Assembly: GCA_963827475.1 (NCBI GenBank)
Contig: CAWHAZ010000004.1
Coordinates: 32,001-96,000 of the forward strand
DNA length: 64,000 nt
Reading direction: 5' to 3'
Source: an uncultured Chloroflexia bacterium
Lineage (GTDB): Bacteria; Chloroflexota; Limnocylindria; QHBO01
Both the position numbers and the translations under genes were made by a program. Below, in pieces: positions 29,220 to 39,834 of the stretch. The notes under the pieces were generated by a model. The model was not told the origin of the DNA. It was given only the letters and a program-made list of their open reading frames with translations, and searched no databases. The stretch's first letter is position 1. Each line of letters starts with the position of its first letter.

Positions 29220-29375
29220 CGGACGGCGATTGTACCGATGCGGCCGAGGCCGCCCGGCGGCGCCGGGCGGCCGGCTGCCCCCCCATCGGTATACTTCCCG
29301 CCGCGTGAGACCGTCCGTCCACCCGCCCGGCAGGACCGACCCGCGCCGCTGACAGCCCATTCGGAGGAACGTCGC

Positions 29376-30254
29376 ATCACCTCGCGTGTGCGCAAGGCGG
29401 TCGTGCCCGCCGCCGGCTACGGGACCCGATTCCTGCCGGCCACCAAGGCGATTCCCAAGGAGATCCTGCCCCTCGTCGACCGGCCGGTGATCCTGTACGC
29501 GGTCGAGGAGGCGGTGGCCTCCGGCATCGAGCAGATCATCATCGTGGTCGGCTCCGGCACGAGCGTCATCGAGGAGCACTTCGACTCCCACCCCGCCCTC
29601 GAGCGGTGGCTGGAGGACCGCGGGGACATCGAGCTCCTCCGCGCCGTGCGCCGCCAGTCGGAGATCGCGGCCATCGCGTACGTTCGCCAGAAGGAGCCGT
29701 TAGGCCTGGGCCATGCGGTGCTGATGGCCAAGGAGCTGGTCGGGGACGAGCCGTTCGCCGTTCTCCTCCCCGACGACGTGATGGTCAACCCCGGCGGCGC
29801 ACCGGTCCTCGCCCAGCTGGTCGAGGCGCACGCCGCCCACCGCGGATCCGTCGTCGCCATCACCAAGGTCCCGCGCGAGGAGGTGGGCCGTTACGGCATC
29901 GTCCGGACCCGACGCGGCGAGGGTCGCCTGTGGGAGCTGGCTGACGTCGTGGAGAAGCCGGCGGTCGACGAGGCGCCGTCGGACCTGGGCGTCCTCGGCC
30001 GCTACGTGCTCAGTCCGCGGATCTTCGACAAGCTGGAGCACACGCCAGCCGGAGCGGGCGGCGAGATCCAGCTCACCGATGCCATCCGCGCCTTGATCGC
30101 CGACCAGCCGGTCTACGGCTACGAGTTCACGGGCCAGCGGCACGACGCCGGCACCCGCCTCGGCTGGCTGGAGACGAACGTGGCCCTCGCCCTGGAGTCG
30201 GACCTGGCGGACGACTTCCGCGCCTACCTCCGGAGCCTCGACCTGCGAGACTAG
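29376..30254 (+). CDS. galU: UTP--glucose-1-phosphate uridylyltransferase
   Basis: KAVVPAAGYGTRFLPATKAIPKE, QKEPLGLGHAV, LPDD, VEKP, GEIQLTDA; start ATC 29376 (after GGAGG) or GTG 29388. Confidence 0.95.
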   Translation: MTSRVRKAVVPAAGYGTRFLPATKAIPKEILPLVDRPVILYAVEEAVASGIEQIIIVVGSGTSVIEEHFDSHPALERWLEDRGDIELLRAVRRQSEIAAIAYVRQKEPLGLGHAVLMAKELVGDEPFAVLLPDDVMVNPGGAPVLAQLVEAHAAHRGSVVAITKVPREEVGRYGIVRTRRGEGRLWELADVVEKPAVDEAPSDLGVLGRYVLSPRIFDKLEHTPAGAGGEIQLTDAIRALIADQPVYGYEFTGQRHDAGTRLGWLETNVALALESDLADDFRAYLRSLDLRD

Positions 30255-30260
30255 CGGGCC

Positions 30261-31820
30261 ATGACCAACGAACCCGTCCGCGTCGTCGCCGGACGCTACC
30301 GGCTCATCGCCATCGAGGGCGAGGGCGGGATGGCGACCGTCTGGCGCGCGATGGACGAACAGCTGGGCCGCGAAGTGGCGGTGAAGATCCTCCGCCCGCA
30401 GTTCGGGGCGGACCCCGGATTCGCGGCCCGCTTCCGCAACGAGGCCCGCGCCGCTGGCGCGCTCTCGCACCCGAACGTCGTGCAGGTGTACGACTTCGGG
30501 ACCGATGTCGAATCGGGCGACCAGTACATCGTCATGCAGCTGGTCGAGGGCCAGGACCTGGCCACCGTCCTCCGCGAACGGGGTCCGCTCGAGGTCGACG
30601 AGGCGGTGTCCATCGGCGCCTCGGTAGCCGATGCGCTCGACGCCGCGCACCGGGCCGGGCTCATCCACCGTGACATCAAACCCGGAAACATCCTGCTGAC
30701 CCCAGGGGGCCGGACGCTGGTGGCCGACTTCGGCATCTCCCGGGCGGTGGCCGAGGCCTCCATGACCGTCACCGGGACGACGATCGGCTCGGTCCATTAC
30801 TTCAGCCCCGAGCAGGCCGCGGGGGAGGAGGTCGGGCCGCCCTCCGACATGTATGCCCTCGGCATCGTGATCTACGAAATGCTGAGCGGCCGCCGCCCGT
30901 TCGAGGGCGACAACGCGGCGGGCGTCGCCCTCAAGCGGCTGAACGAGCCGCCGCCCCCCTTGTCGACGGGGGTCCGCCCCATTCCCCCGCCGCTGGAGGC
31001 GGTGGTCATGCGGGCCCTGGCCCGCGATCCGGCCCAGCGCTACCCCGACGCGGCGGCCTTCTCCCATGCCCTCCGCAACTGGCGCAGCGAGGACGAGACG
31101 GCGGCCATGGTCGCGCCGGTGGTGGCCGCGGCCGCGGTCGTTCCCCCGGTGCTCCCCGACGAGGTGCCCGCCACCGCGCCTCCGCCACCCTACGTCCCGC
31201 CCGGACCCCCTCCCAAGAAGGACCGGCCATGGTGGCTCTGGCTCCTGGCCTTCCTGGCCGTGCTCCTCCTCGGCGCCATGGGCTTCCTCGGCGCGGAGCT
31301 GCTCGGCGGCGACCGGAGCTCGCCCAGCCCCAGCGCGGATACCTTCGCCCTGCCCGACTGGGAAGACGAGCCGATCACCCAGGTCCGCATCGAGGCCGAG
31401 GACCTGGGCCTGGAGCTTCGCGAGCGGCCGGAGAACGACGAGGACATCCCGGAGGACTCCGTCATCCGCACCCAGCCGCCGGCCGGCGCGCAGGTCAGCG
31501 AGGGCGACGAGATCGTCGTCTTCGTCAGCAGCGGCGGCGAAACGGTCGAGGTGCCGCGCCTCGTCGGCCAGACGCGGGACGAGGCCAACGCGACCCTGGT
31601 GCAGGCGCAGCTGGTCCTCGGCTCGGTCAGCCAGGAGTTCTCCGATCAACCCGAGGGCACGGTCATCCGATCCAGCCCCGCGGAGGGCACGACCGTCGAT
31701 GTCGGCGAACAGGTCGACATCGTTCTGTCCCGCGGCCCGGAGCCCACGCCGACCCCGGCGCCGACGCCGCCGCCGACGCCGCCACCAACCCCCACACCGC
31801 CACCGCCATCGCCGTCATAG
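30261..31820 (+). CDS. pknB: Hanks-type Ser/Thr kinase with TM and two PASTA domains
   Basis: GEGGMATV, VAVK, HRDIKPGN, DFG, GSVHYFSPEQ, TM segment, PASTA repeats, Pro-rich tail. Confidence 0.93.
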   Translation: MTNEPVRVVAGRYRLIAIEGEGGMATVWRAMDEQLGREVAVKILRPQFGADPGFAARFRNEARAAGALSHPNVVQVYDFGTDVESGDQYIVMQLVEGQDLATVLRERGPLEVDEAVSIGASVADALDAAHRAGLIHRDIKPGNILLTPGGRTLVADFGISRAVAEASMTVTGTTIGSVHYFSPEQAAGEEVGPPSDMYALGIVIYEMLSGRRPFEGDNAAGVALKRLNEPPPPLSTGVRPIPPPLEAVVMRALARDPAQRYPDAAAFSHALRNWRSEDETAAMVAPVVAAAAVVPPVLPDEVPATAPPPPYVPPGPPPKKDRPWWLWLLAFLAVLLLGAMGFLGAELLGGDRSSPSPSADTFALPDWEDEPITQVRIEAEDLGLELRERPENDEDIPEDSVIRTQPPAGAQVSEGDEIVVFVSSGGETVEVPRLVGQTRDEANATLVQAQLVLGSVSQEFSDQPEGTVIRSSPAEGTTVDVGEQVDIVLSRGPEPTPTPAPTPPPTPPPTPTPPPPSPS

Positions 31821-31894
31821 CCGGAGCCCGCCCGGGCCCTGCGGCGGTGCTAGGATGGCCGCCGCCTACCCGTCCCACAGAGGTCAGTGTGCCC

Positions 31895-32215
31895 ATGTCC
31901 GCCGTCGCCGTCGACGAATCCAGCTTCGAGAACGAGGTCCTCAACAGCGAGAAGCCGGTGCTGGTGGACTTCTGGGCGCCATGGTGCGGCCCCTGCCGGC
32001 TGGTGTCCCCGGTGGTCGAGTCGATCGGGGACGCGCACGCCGAAAAGATCGCCGTCGCCAAGCTGAATACCGATGAGAACCAGGACCTCGCGATGCGCTA
32101 CAGCATCTTCAGCATCCCCACCCTGATCCTGTTCAAGGACGGTCGCGAGGCCGCTCGCCTGGTCGGCTACATGCCGCAGCCGGTCATCGAGGAACGCCTG
32201 AGGAACTGGCTCTAG
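31895..32215 (+). CDS. trxA: Thioredoxin
   Basis: VLVDFWAPWCGPC, SIPTLILFKDG. Confidence 0.96.
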   Translation: MSAVAVDESSFENEVLNSEKPVLVDFWAPWCGPCRLVSPVVESIGDAHAEKIAVAKLNTDENQDLAMRYSIFSIPTLILFKDGREAARLVGYMPQPVIEERLRNWL

Positions 32216-32225
32216 GCCCACGCCG

Positions 32226-32834
32226 ATGGCAGGACGGCCCCCACCCCGTCAGATCGTCATCCGGCCGGAGCGCCGGACCGGTTCCGAGCGTCGCAAGGCC
32301 GAGGCCGAGGCCGAGGCGCCGGCCGACCGTCGGCAGGCCGACCGGCGGACGATGTGCTGGGAGGTCGAGAACTGCGACCTCGCCATCCGTTACCGCTGCC
32401 CGGCCTTCATCCTGCGCCGCCCCTGCTGGGAGCTGTGGGCGGTCGAGGGCCTGGGACCGGCGCGGGCGTGCTGCCACAACGAGATCGACTGCGAGCCGGG
32501 CCGGTGCGCGATCGCCGAGAAGCGCTTCGCCAGCACGGCCACGGCCACGGCCACGGCCGAACCGCTCGCCGTCCACGTCGGCCGCCGCGGGGCGCCGCTC
32601 GGGTTCAGTCGGCCCCGGCGCCACAGCTGCCCGAACTTCTACGTGACCCACGGCTCGGGCGGCCGGATCCCGGTCGATGCCCCACACCTCTTGCGCTCGC
32701 TGGCCAAGCAGGAGGGCACGGTCTCCCGCTGCCGCGTGCGCGGCGGCGTGCACCTCGACAGCGGCTACGTGACCGACCTGTGCCTCACCGGCCAGTACCG
32801 CGACTGCGTGTTCTACGAGGACGAGGCGGACTGA
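32226..32834 (+). CDS. Cys-rich protein of unknown function (Arg-rich ERR/DRR repeats, two-CW-like domain, second Cys cluster)
   Basis: ERRTGSERR..DRRQADRR; CWEVENC..CPAF..PCWE..CC..C..C; CPNF..C..C..C..FY. Confidence 0.75.
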   Translation: MAGRPPPRQIVIRPERRTGSERRKAEAEAEAPADRRQADRRTMCWEVENCDLAIRYRCPAFILRRPCWELWAVEGLGPARACCHNEIDCEPGRCAIAEKRFASTATATATAEPLAVHVGRRGAPLGFSRPRRHSCPNFYVTHGSGGRIPVDAPHLLRSLAKQEGTVSRCRVRGGVHLDSGYVTDLCLTGQYRDCVFYEDEAD

Positions 32835-34186
32835 CCACGGCCCTCTCCTATCCGGCCGCGGTGGCGGCCATCCGCAGCCGGGGCCGGTTCGGGGTCAGCC
32901 TGGGCCTGGCCCGCATCAATCGTCTCCTGGCCGGGCTGGACCACCCTGAGCGCGAGCTGCGTGGGGCGTTGGTGGCCGGCACGAACGGCAAGGGCAGCGT
33001 CGTCGCCCTGGCCGGGGCGGTCCTGCGCGGCGCGCGCGTCGTGGTGGGGGCGATGCCGAAGCCGCACCTGGTCACCTACCGCGAGCGGATCACGGTGAAC
33101 GACGAGATGCTCGCCCCGCGCACCTTCGCCGCGGCGGTGGAGGCCGTCATCGAGGTCGCCGACCGGGTCACAACCGACGATGGGCCGCCGACCGAGTTCG
33201 AGGTGCTCACCGCTGCGGGGTTCTGGGCCCTCGCTCGGGCCGGGGTCGACGTGGCGCTGGTCGAGGTCGGCCTCGGCGGGCGCCTCGACGCGACCAACGC
33301 CGCCGATCTCGGGGTGGCCGCCATCACCAACGTGGCCCACGACCACGAGCGTCACCTGGGCCGGACGCTGGCCCTCATCGGGGCCGAGAAGGCGGCGATC
33401 ATCAAGGCCGGCGACCTGGCGGTGACCGGGGCTTCCGGCCGCGGGCTGGAACCGATCCGGGACCGATGCGGATCCCTCCGCGTGCCGCTCCGGCGCGCCG
33501 GTCGAGGCCAGGACTGGGACGCGCGCGTGCTGGACAGCGGCTGGGACGGAGTCCTGGTCGACCTGCGAACCCCCGCCGGAACCCTCCGTGACGTGCGGAT
33601 CGGCTTGCTGGGCAGCCACCAGGCAGCCAATGCCGCTGTCGCGGCTGCCCTCCTGGACGCGTTGCGGGAGGACGGGGAGCGGCGTGGCCGGCCCGTGGAC
33701 GTGGGCGAGGCGGCCCTCCGGTCCGGGATGGCGTCGGCCCGCTGGCCGGGCCGGCTCGAGCTGGTCCGGTCGGCCGCCGGCGGCCGCGACGTCCTGCTGG
33801 ACGGCGCCCACAACCCGGCCGGCGCTCGCGCGCTGGCCCGCGCCCTCGCGGAGCTCGGCGTGCGACGCTTCCCGTTGGTGTTCGGTGCGATGCGCGGCAA
33901 GCGGGTGACCGCCGTCCTGCGCGCCCTCGCCCCCCTCGAGCCACGGCCGGTGTTCACCGCCGTGGCGGACCCCCACGCCCACCCCCCGGAGGAGCTGCTG
34001 CGGACATGGCGGGTGGTCGTTCCGGACGCCCGCGGCGGCGCAGCGGGGACAGCGGCGGCCACGGTCGAGGAGGCGCTGACCCGGGCCGCGGCGGATTCGG
34101 GCACGGGCCCGGTGGTCGTCGCGGGATCGCTCTACCTGGTCGGAGCGGTCCGGGCCGCGCTGACCGGTCAGCCCGCGGACGCCTGA
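32831..34186 (+). CDS. folC: Folylpolyglutamate synthase/dihydrofolate synthase
   Basis: VAGTNGKGS, PHLVTYRERI, TEFE, EVGLGGRLDATN, HQAANA, WPGRLE, LDGAHNP, GSLYLVG; probable CTG start. Confidence 0.95.
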   Translation: MTTALSYPAAVAAIRSRGRFGVSLGLARINRLLAGLDHPERELRGALVAGTNGKGSVVALAGAVLRGARVVVGAMPKPHLVTYRERITVNDEMLAPRTFAAAVEAVIEVADRVTTDDGPPTEFEVLTAAGFWALARAGVDVALVEVGLGGRLDATNAADLGVAAITNVAHDHERHLGRTLALIGAEKAAIIKAGDLAVTGASGRGLEPIRDRCGSLRVPLRRAGRGQDWDARVLDSGWDGVLVDLRTPAGTLRDVRIGLLGSHQAANAAVAAALLDALREDGERRGRPVDVGEAALRSGMASARWPGRLELVRSAAGGRDVLLDGAHNPAGARALARALAELGVRRFPLVFGAMRGKRVTAVLRALAPLEPRPVFTAVADPHAHPPEELLRTWRVVVPDARGGAAGTAAATVEEALTRAAADSGTGPVVVAGSLYLVGAVRAALTGQPADA

Positions 34187-35443
34187 TGCGGACGCTGCGC
34201 TGGGGGGAGCGGACCTCCGTGATGGGGATCGTCAACGTGACGCCCGACTCGTTCTCGGGGGACGGCCTGGCCCCAGCCGGCCGGTCGGAGGACGAGATCG
34301 TGGCCGCCGCCCTGGAGCAGGCTCGCGAGTTCGTGGCCGCCGGGGCGGACCTGCTGGACGTCGGTGCCGAGTCGACCCGCCCGGCATCGGTCTACGGGGA
34401 GCACCTCCCGGTCGATGCCGAGACGGAAGCCCGGCTGGCCATCCCGGTCGTTGCGGCCCTGGCCGCGGAGCTCGGGGAGCGGGCGATGGTCAGCATCGAC
34501 ACCACCAAGGGCAGCGTGGCGGAGGCGGCCCTGGCCGCCGGCGCCGGGATGGTCAATGACGTGTGGGCCGCGTCCCGGGACCCGGGAACGGCCCGCGCCG
34601 CGGCGGCGGCGGGTGCGTACTTCGTCGCGATGCACAACAAGGACGTGGCCGAGTACCCCGACGGCGTCCTGCCCGAGGTCGTGGCCTGGCTCGGCGAGCG
34701 GGCCGAGGCCGCCGCGTCGGCCGGGGTCGCGGCCGACCGGATCGTGATCGACCCCGGCATCGGCTTCGGCAAGACCCCGGAGCACAGCCTGGAGGTCCTC
34801 CACCGGCTCGGGACGCTCCGCGACGCCCTGGACCTGCCGCTGTTGGTCGGCACCAGCCGCAAGCGGTTCATCGGCGACATCCTGGATGGCGCCCCGCCGG
34901 AGGATCGGTTGGAGGGAACAATCGCCAGCGTGGTGGCAGCGGTCGGCGCGGGGGCCGACATCGTCCGCGTCCACGACGTGGCTCCGGTGGTCCGTGCGGT
35001 CCGGGTCGCGGATGCCATCGTGCGACGCCGCCCGGCCGGCGAGACCGTGGGCGCAGGGATCGCGGCGCAGGAGTCGCCGCTCCCCGGCCGGATCACGGTG
35101 GCCGGAATCGCGGCCCGCGGCCGCCACGGCGTCAGCGACGAGGAACGGTCACGGGACCAGCCGTTCGAGGTCGACGTGACGGTCGCCGTGGATGTCGGCA
35201 ACGGCGGCCAGGGGCGACGATCTGGCGGGCACCGTCAACTACGCCGCGCTTCACGAGATGGTCATGACCCAGGTCGAGGCCACCACCTTCCACCTCCTCG
35301 AGACCCTGGCCGCGAGCATTGGTCAGGCCGTCCTCGAACGATGGCGTCAGGTCACGAATGTCGAGGTCGCCGTCCGCAAGCCGGAGGCGCCGATGCCAGG
35401 GCCGTTTTCGAAGGTCGAGGTCCGGGTCCGCCTCGGCCGCTGA
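34186..35443 (+). CDS. folP: Dihydropteroate synthase fused to dihydroneopterin aldolase (frameshift near 35198)
   Basis: MGIVNVTPDSFS, DVGAESTRP, SIDT, IDPGIGFGK, GTSRKRF, RVHDV; in-frame continuation RHGVSDEER..QPFEVD; then DDLAGTVNYA..LLETLA..VRKP. Confidence 0.9.
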
Positions 35444-35446
35444 CGG

Positions 35447-36718
35447 TCAGGGCTGGGCGGGAAGAGTCCCCAGGGTGACTTCGATCTCCAGCTCCTCGCC
35501 GCCGCGGAGAATGGTCAGCGGCACGACGTCGCCTGGACGGTAGGGAAGCAGCAGCACCACGACGTCATGGCCGCTGTCGACGGCCCGTCCGCCCAGCTCG
35601 GTGATGATGTCGCCCTGCTGCAGGCCGGCCACGGCGGCCGGGCTGTCGGGGAAGACCGCCGCCGCGCCGTTCGGACCCTCGTCGACCAGGGCCCCCTCCT
35701 CGACCGGGAGGCTCAGCTCGGCGGCGATCTGGCGGGTGACCATCGTGTACCACACGCCGACCCACGGGCGGGCGATCTCCTCGCCGCCGAGGGCGAGCGC
35801 CATGATCGGCTTGGCGAAGTCGATCGGGATCGCGAAACCGATGCCCTGGGCGTTGGTCGAGACCGCGGTGTTGATGCCGATGACCTGGCCCAGGCTGTTG
35901 ACCAGCGGGCCGCCCGAGTTGCCGGGGTTGATGGCGGCATCGGTCTGGATCAGGTGGCGGAGGTCCTCCGAGCCGGACGCGTCCCCGGCGCGAATGGCGC
36001 GCCCCAGTCCGGAGATGACGCCGGTCGTGACCGTGTCGGCGTAGTCGCCCAGCGGGTTGCCGATGGCGACCGCCAGCTGACCGATCTCGAGCACGCCCGA
36101 CGCGCCGATCGGCGCGGTCGGCAGATCGGTGCCGTCGATCTTGATGATCGCCAGGTCGGTCAGGGTATCGGTGCCGATGAGGGTCGCGTCGAACTGGCGG
36201 GAGTCCGCGAGGGTGACGATCATGCTCGCCGCGTCGCCGGCGACGTGACGGTTGGTGAGGATCCAACCATCGGGGTCGAAGATGAACCCCGAGCCGGATC
36301 CGGTGCCACCGGTGGACACCGTCACGTCGATCGTGACCACAGCCGGGGCGACGCTGCTCACCGCCTCGATGACCGCCGACGTCTCGTCGAGGGTGACCTC
36401 GTTGACGGTGGTGCCGGGCGGGATGCCCGGGCTGGCCTGCGGCTGGCTCAGACCGACCAGGTTGACGACCGCCAGTCCGGACAGGGAGCCGGCGACGATG
36501 CCGGCCGCGAGGGAGATGGCGATGAAGCCGAGCAGGCGTGGACGACGGGCGGGTGCCGGCTCGGGTGGCTCGGGCGGAAGAGAGCGACGGGTCGACCACG
36601 CCGGGGCGGAGGACCAGCTGTCGGAGCGGGCGGGGATCGGCGCGGTCGGATCGCTGGCGCCGTAGCGGTCGGTCTCGACCGCGGGTGGCTGCTCGACCTC
36701 GAAGTCGGAGTGGGTCAC
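35447..36718 (-). CDS. htrA: HtrA/DegP-family serine protease (TM-trypsin-PDZ)
   Basis: GSGFI..TNRHV, DLAIIK, QTDAAINPGNSGGPL, PDZ domain. Confidence 0.95.
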   Translation of the reverse strand: MTHSDFEVEQPPAVETDRYGASDPTAPIPARSDSWSSAPAWSTRRSLPPEPPEPAPARRPRLLGFIAISLAAGIVAGSLSGLAVVNLVGLSQPQASPGIPPGTTVNEVTLDETSAVIEAVSSVAPAVVTIDVTVSTGGTGSGSGFIFDPDGWILTNRHVAGDAASMIVTLADSRQFDATLIGTDTLTDLAIIKIDGTDLPTAPIGASGVLEIGQLAVAIGNPLGDYADTVTTGVISGLGRAIRAGDASGSEDLRHLIQTDAAINPGNSGGPLVNSLGQVIGINTAVSTNAQGIGFAIPIDFAKPIMALALGGEEIARPWVGVWYTMVTRQIAAELSLPVEEGALVDEGPNGAAAVFPDSPAAVAGLQQGDIITELGGRAVDSGHDVVVLLLPYRPGDVVPLTILRGGEELEIEVTLGTLPAQP

Positions 36719-36779
36719 TGGAGAAGTGTGCGGGATCGCGCGTTAGCCGTCGGTCGGGACGGCGGTGAAGATTCGTTGA

Positions 36780-38329
36780 TCAATCACTGGCGGTTGGCAG
36801 TGCCTCGCCCGCGTGATCGGCAGCCGCTTCGGGCAGGGGGGCGTCTGCTCGTTCCCCAGCCGCGGCCGCGCCCTGGCGGGGCAGGACGACCCGGAAGGCG
36901 GCCCCCTCACCGAGGACGCTGGCCACCTCGATGAAGCCGCCATGCATCTCCACGATCGAACGGGCGATGGCGAGACCGAGCCCGCTGCCCGACGCCCGGG
37001 CCTCGCCGACGTTCGTCCCGCGGTAGAAGCGCTCGAAGATGCGGGGCAGCTCTCCGGGTGGGATGCCCGGACCGGTGTCGCTGACCTCGATCACGGCCGC
37101 ATCGGCCTGGTCGAGGATCTGGACCGCGACCGTCCCGCCGGAGGGCGTGAACTTCACCGCGTTGCCGACCAGGTTGTTCACCAGCTGGACGATCCGTTCC
37201 CGGTCGAAGCGGATGGCGACCGTCGTGGAGGGAGCGACGTAGGTGACCCCGATCTGCCGACTCGCCGCCGTCTCGGCCGAGGCCTCGACCGCGGCCCGGA
37301 CCGGCTCCCGCAGGTCGCCGATCCGCACGTCCATGGGGAAGATGCCCGCGTCGATGCGCGACAGGTCGAGGAGGTTGGCGCTCATCCACTCGAGGCGGCT
37401 GAGCTGCTCGCTGGACCGATCGAGGAACTCGAGCCGTGTCTCCTCGTCAACGGCGCCATCCCGCTCCAGCTCGTTGTAGGTGCGGAGCGCGGCGAGTGGC
37501 GTCCGCAGCTCGTGGCTCACGTCGGCGACGAATTCGCGGAGCCGGTCCCGGTCCGACTCGAGCAGCCGGAGCGACTCGGTCAGGCGGTCGGCCATGAGGT
37601 TGAACTGGTCGCCGAGCTGGTCGATCTCCTCCACCCCGGCTGGTGGTACGCGGGCGTCGAGGTGGCCACGGGCCAGCCGGCCGGCCAGCGTCCCGAGCTG
37701 GCTGAGCGGAACGGTCAGGCGGCGTGCGGCCCACACCCCGACGAGGACGGACACGAGCAGGGCGAGGGCCCCCGCGCCGACCAGCGCGCCACGGACCTGG
37801 GTCAGGGTGGCGTCACGGGTGGTGTACGGGACCGAGACGACCACCTCGAGCTGCAACGTCCCGTTGGGTGCGAGCGGCTGCTCGGAGAGCGGCAGCTCGA
37901 TCGAGAAGCCCACTCGGCTGGACGGGGCGAACGGATCGGGCGCCAGTCCCTGGCTCTCGGCGGTCTCCACGTCCTCCGGCTCGGCGAACGCCGCCTCGGA
38001 GCCGTCGACCACGTTGAACACCTCGACCGTGACCAGGAGTCCGTCGGCCGCCTCCTGCGCCGCGGGCTGGATGATCCGGGTCTCCCGCTGCTGCTGGTCG
38101 GTGAGGAACTCGCGCAGGGCGGACTGGTTGGCGGTGTCGATGATCAGAAGGGCGGTCGTCTGCGCCGCCGACTCGGTGGTCGCGCGGCCCTGCTCCTCGA
38201 AGTAGCCGGGCAGGATCTGGTTCAGGGCCACGCCACTGACGACGAGGGCCAGCAGGGCCGTGCTGGCGAGCGCCACCACCAGGCGGACGTCCAGGCGGCG
38301 GATGAACCGGCGGAGGAACGTGGGCTCAG
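36780..38329 (-). CDS. HAMP-domain sensor histidine kinase (start unresolved)
   Basis: Two TM segments, HAMP, SHELRTPL, NLVGNAVKF, DTGPGI, FERFYR, GSGLGL. Confidence 0.93.
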
Positions 38330-39024
38330 TCCTCGGCGAACGCGTAGCCCACGCCACGCACCGTCTTGATGTACCGCGGCTCGGCGGGATCCGGCTCGAT
38401 CTTGTCGCGGATGTGGCTGATGTGGACGTTGATCGTCCGCTCGTCCTGCTCGACGGCCGCGTCGTAGTCGCGGACCAGCTCGAGCAGCTGGCTCCGCGTG
38501 AAGACCCGCCCCGGTCGCGCGGCAAGGTGGCGCAGCAGGTCGAACTCGGTGGCGGTCAGCGAGATCCGCTCCCCGGCCCGCGTCACCCGGCGTCGATCGA
38601 GGTCGATGAGCAGGTCACCGCGACGCAGGGTGTCCGCGGCCTGGGTGTCGGCCAGCTCCCCGTAGGCGCGGCGCAGCAGAGCCTTCACCCGGCTCGTCAG
38701 CTCCCGCAGGCTGAACGGCTTGACGAGATAGTCATCGGCGCCGATCTCGAGCCCGACGACCTTGTCCACCTCGTCGGTCCGTGCGGTGAGGAACAGGATC
38801 GGGACCCGGGTCTGGCGGCGCAGCTGGCGGCAGACCTCGAACCCGTCGATGCCCGGCAGGCGGACGTCGAGCAGGACCAGGTCGGGCGCCAGGTCGCTGA
38901 AGCGGCTGACCGCCTCCTCCCCGGTGGGGATGACGCTGACCCCGTAGCCTTCTCGCTCCAGGGCCACCTGGACGCCGCGGGCAACGGCCGGCTCATCCTC
39001 GACGATCATGATGCTGGCGGCCAC
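38326..39024 (-). CDS. OmpR-family response regulator
   Basis: IVEDE, LLDVRLP, GADDYLVKPF, LTATEF, TVRGVGY. Confidence 0.95.
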   Translation of the reverse strand: MAASIMIVEDEPAVARGVQVALEREGYGVSVIPTGEEAVSRFSDLAPDLVLLDVRLPGIDGFEVCRQLRRQTRVPILFLTARTDEVDKVVGLEIGADDYLVKPFSLRELTSRVKALLRRAYGELADTQAADTLRRGDLLIDLDRRRVTRAGERISLTATEFDLLRHLAARPGRVFTRSQLLELVRDYDAAVEQDERTINVHISHIRDKIEPDPAEPRYIKTVRGVGYAFAED

Positions 39025-39127
39025 GACCCGCGATTCTAGACCGATGGCCGCGCGCGCCCGTTTGCCCGCCCATCGGTCCACCTGTACCATCCGGCTTCGC
39101 ATTCCCGTCCTGGAGTCCCCCTGACCG

Positions 39128-39820
39128 ATGACCCTCGAGCTGGCCGTTGACGCCCGGAGCGTGCTCGGCAAGCAGACCAAGCGCCTGCGACGTGCCGGTG
39201 CCGTGCCCGGCGTCGTGTTCGGCAAGAACACGGCCTCCATCCCGGTCCAGGTCGACGCCAAGCGGTTCGAGACGCTGTACCACGCCGCCGGTCGGACGAC
39301 GATCTTCCAGCTGAACGTCCCGGGCGAGGGAGCGCGGAGCGCGATCATCAAGTCGGTCCAGCGCCACCCGTTGAGCGGTCGCGCGATTCACGTCGACTTC
39401 TTCCTGCCCGACCTCACGATCGAGCTGCAGGTCGACGTCCCTCTCGTCTTCACCGGTGAGGCGCCGGCCATCGAGGCCACCGGCGGGTCACTGTTCACCT
39501 CGCTCGACCACATCAAGGTCAGCGCCCTGCCGGCAAACCTGCCGCATGAGATCCCGGTCGACGTTTCGGTCCTCGTCGACCTCGACGTCGCCATCTATGT
39601 CCGCGACCTGGGCGTGGAGTCGGACACCGTCCACGTCCTGACCGACTCCGACGAGATCGTGGCCCGGGTCATGCCGCCACGCGTCATCGAGGAGCCGGAA
39701 GTGGTCGTCGAAGAGGGCGAGGAGGGGCTCGAGGGCGAGGCTCCGGAGGGCGAGGCCGGCGAAGGGGCCGAAGCCGGTGCCGAGCGAGGCGAGCCCCGAC
39801 CGAGCGAGGACGAGGGCTAG
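39128..39820 (+). CDS. rplY: 50S ribosomal protein L25/Ctc
   Basis: GKQTKRLRRAGAVPGVVFG, VQRHP..HVDF, Ctc C-terminal domain, acidic tail. Confidence 0.95.
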   Translation: MTLELAVDARSVLGKQTKRLRRAGAVPGVVFGKNTASIPVQVDAKRFETLYHAAGRTTIFQLNVPGEGARSAIIKSVQRHPLSGRAIHVDFFLPDLTIELQVDVPLVFTGEAPAIEATGGSLFTSLDHIKVSALPANLPHEIPVDVSVLVDLDVAIYVRDLGVESDTVHVLTDSDEIVARVMPPRVIEEPEVVVEEGEEGLEGEAPEGEAGEGAEAGAERGEPRPSEDEG

Positions 39821-39834
39821 GCCGCTCCCTACTC

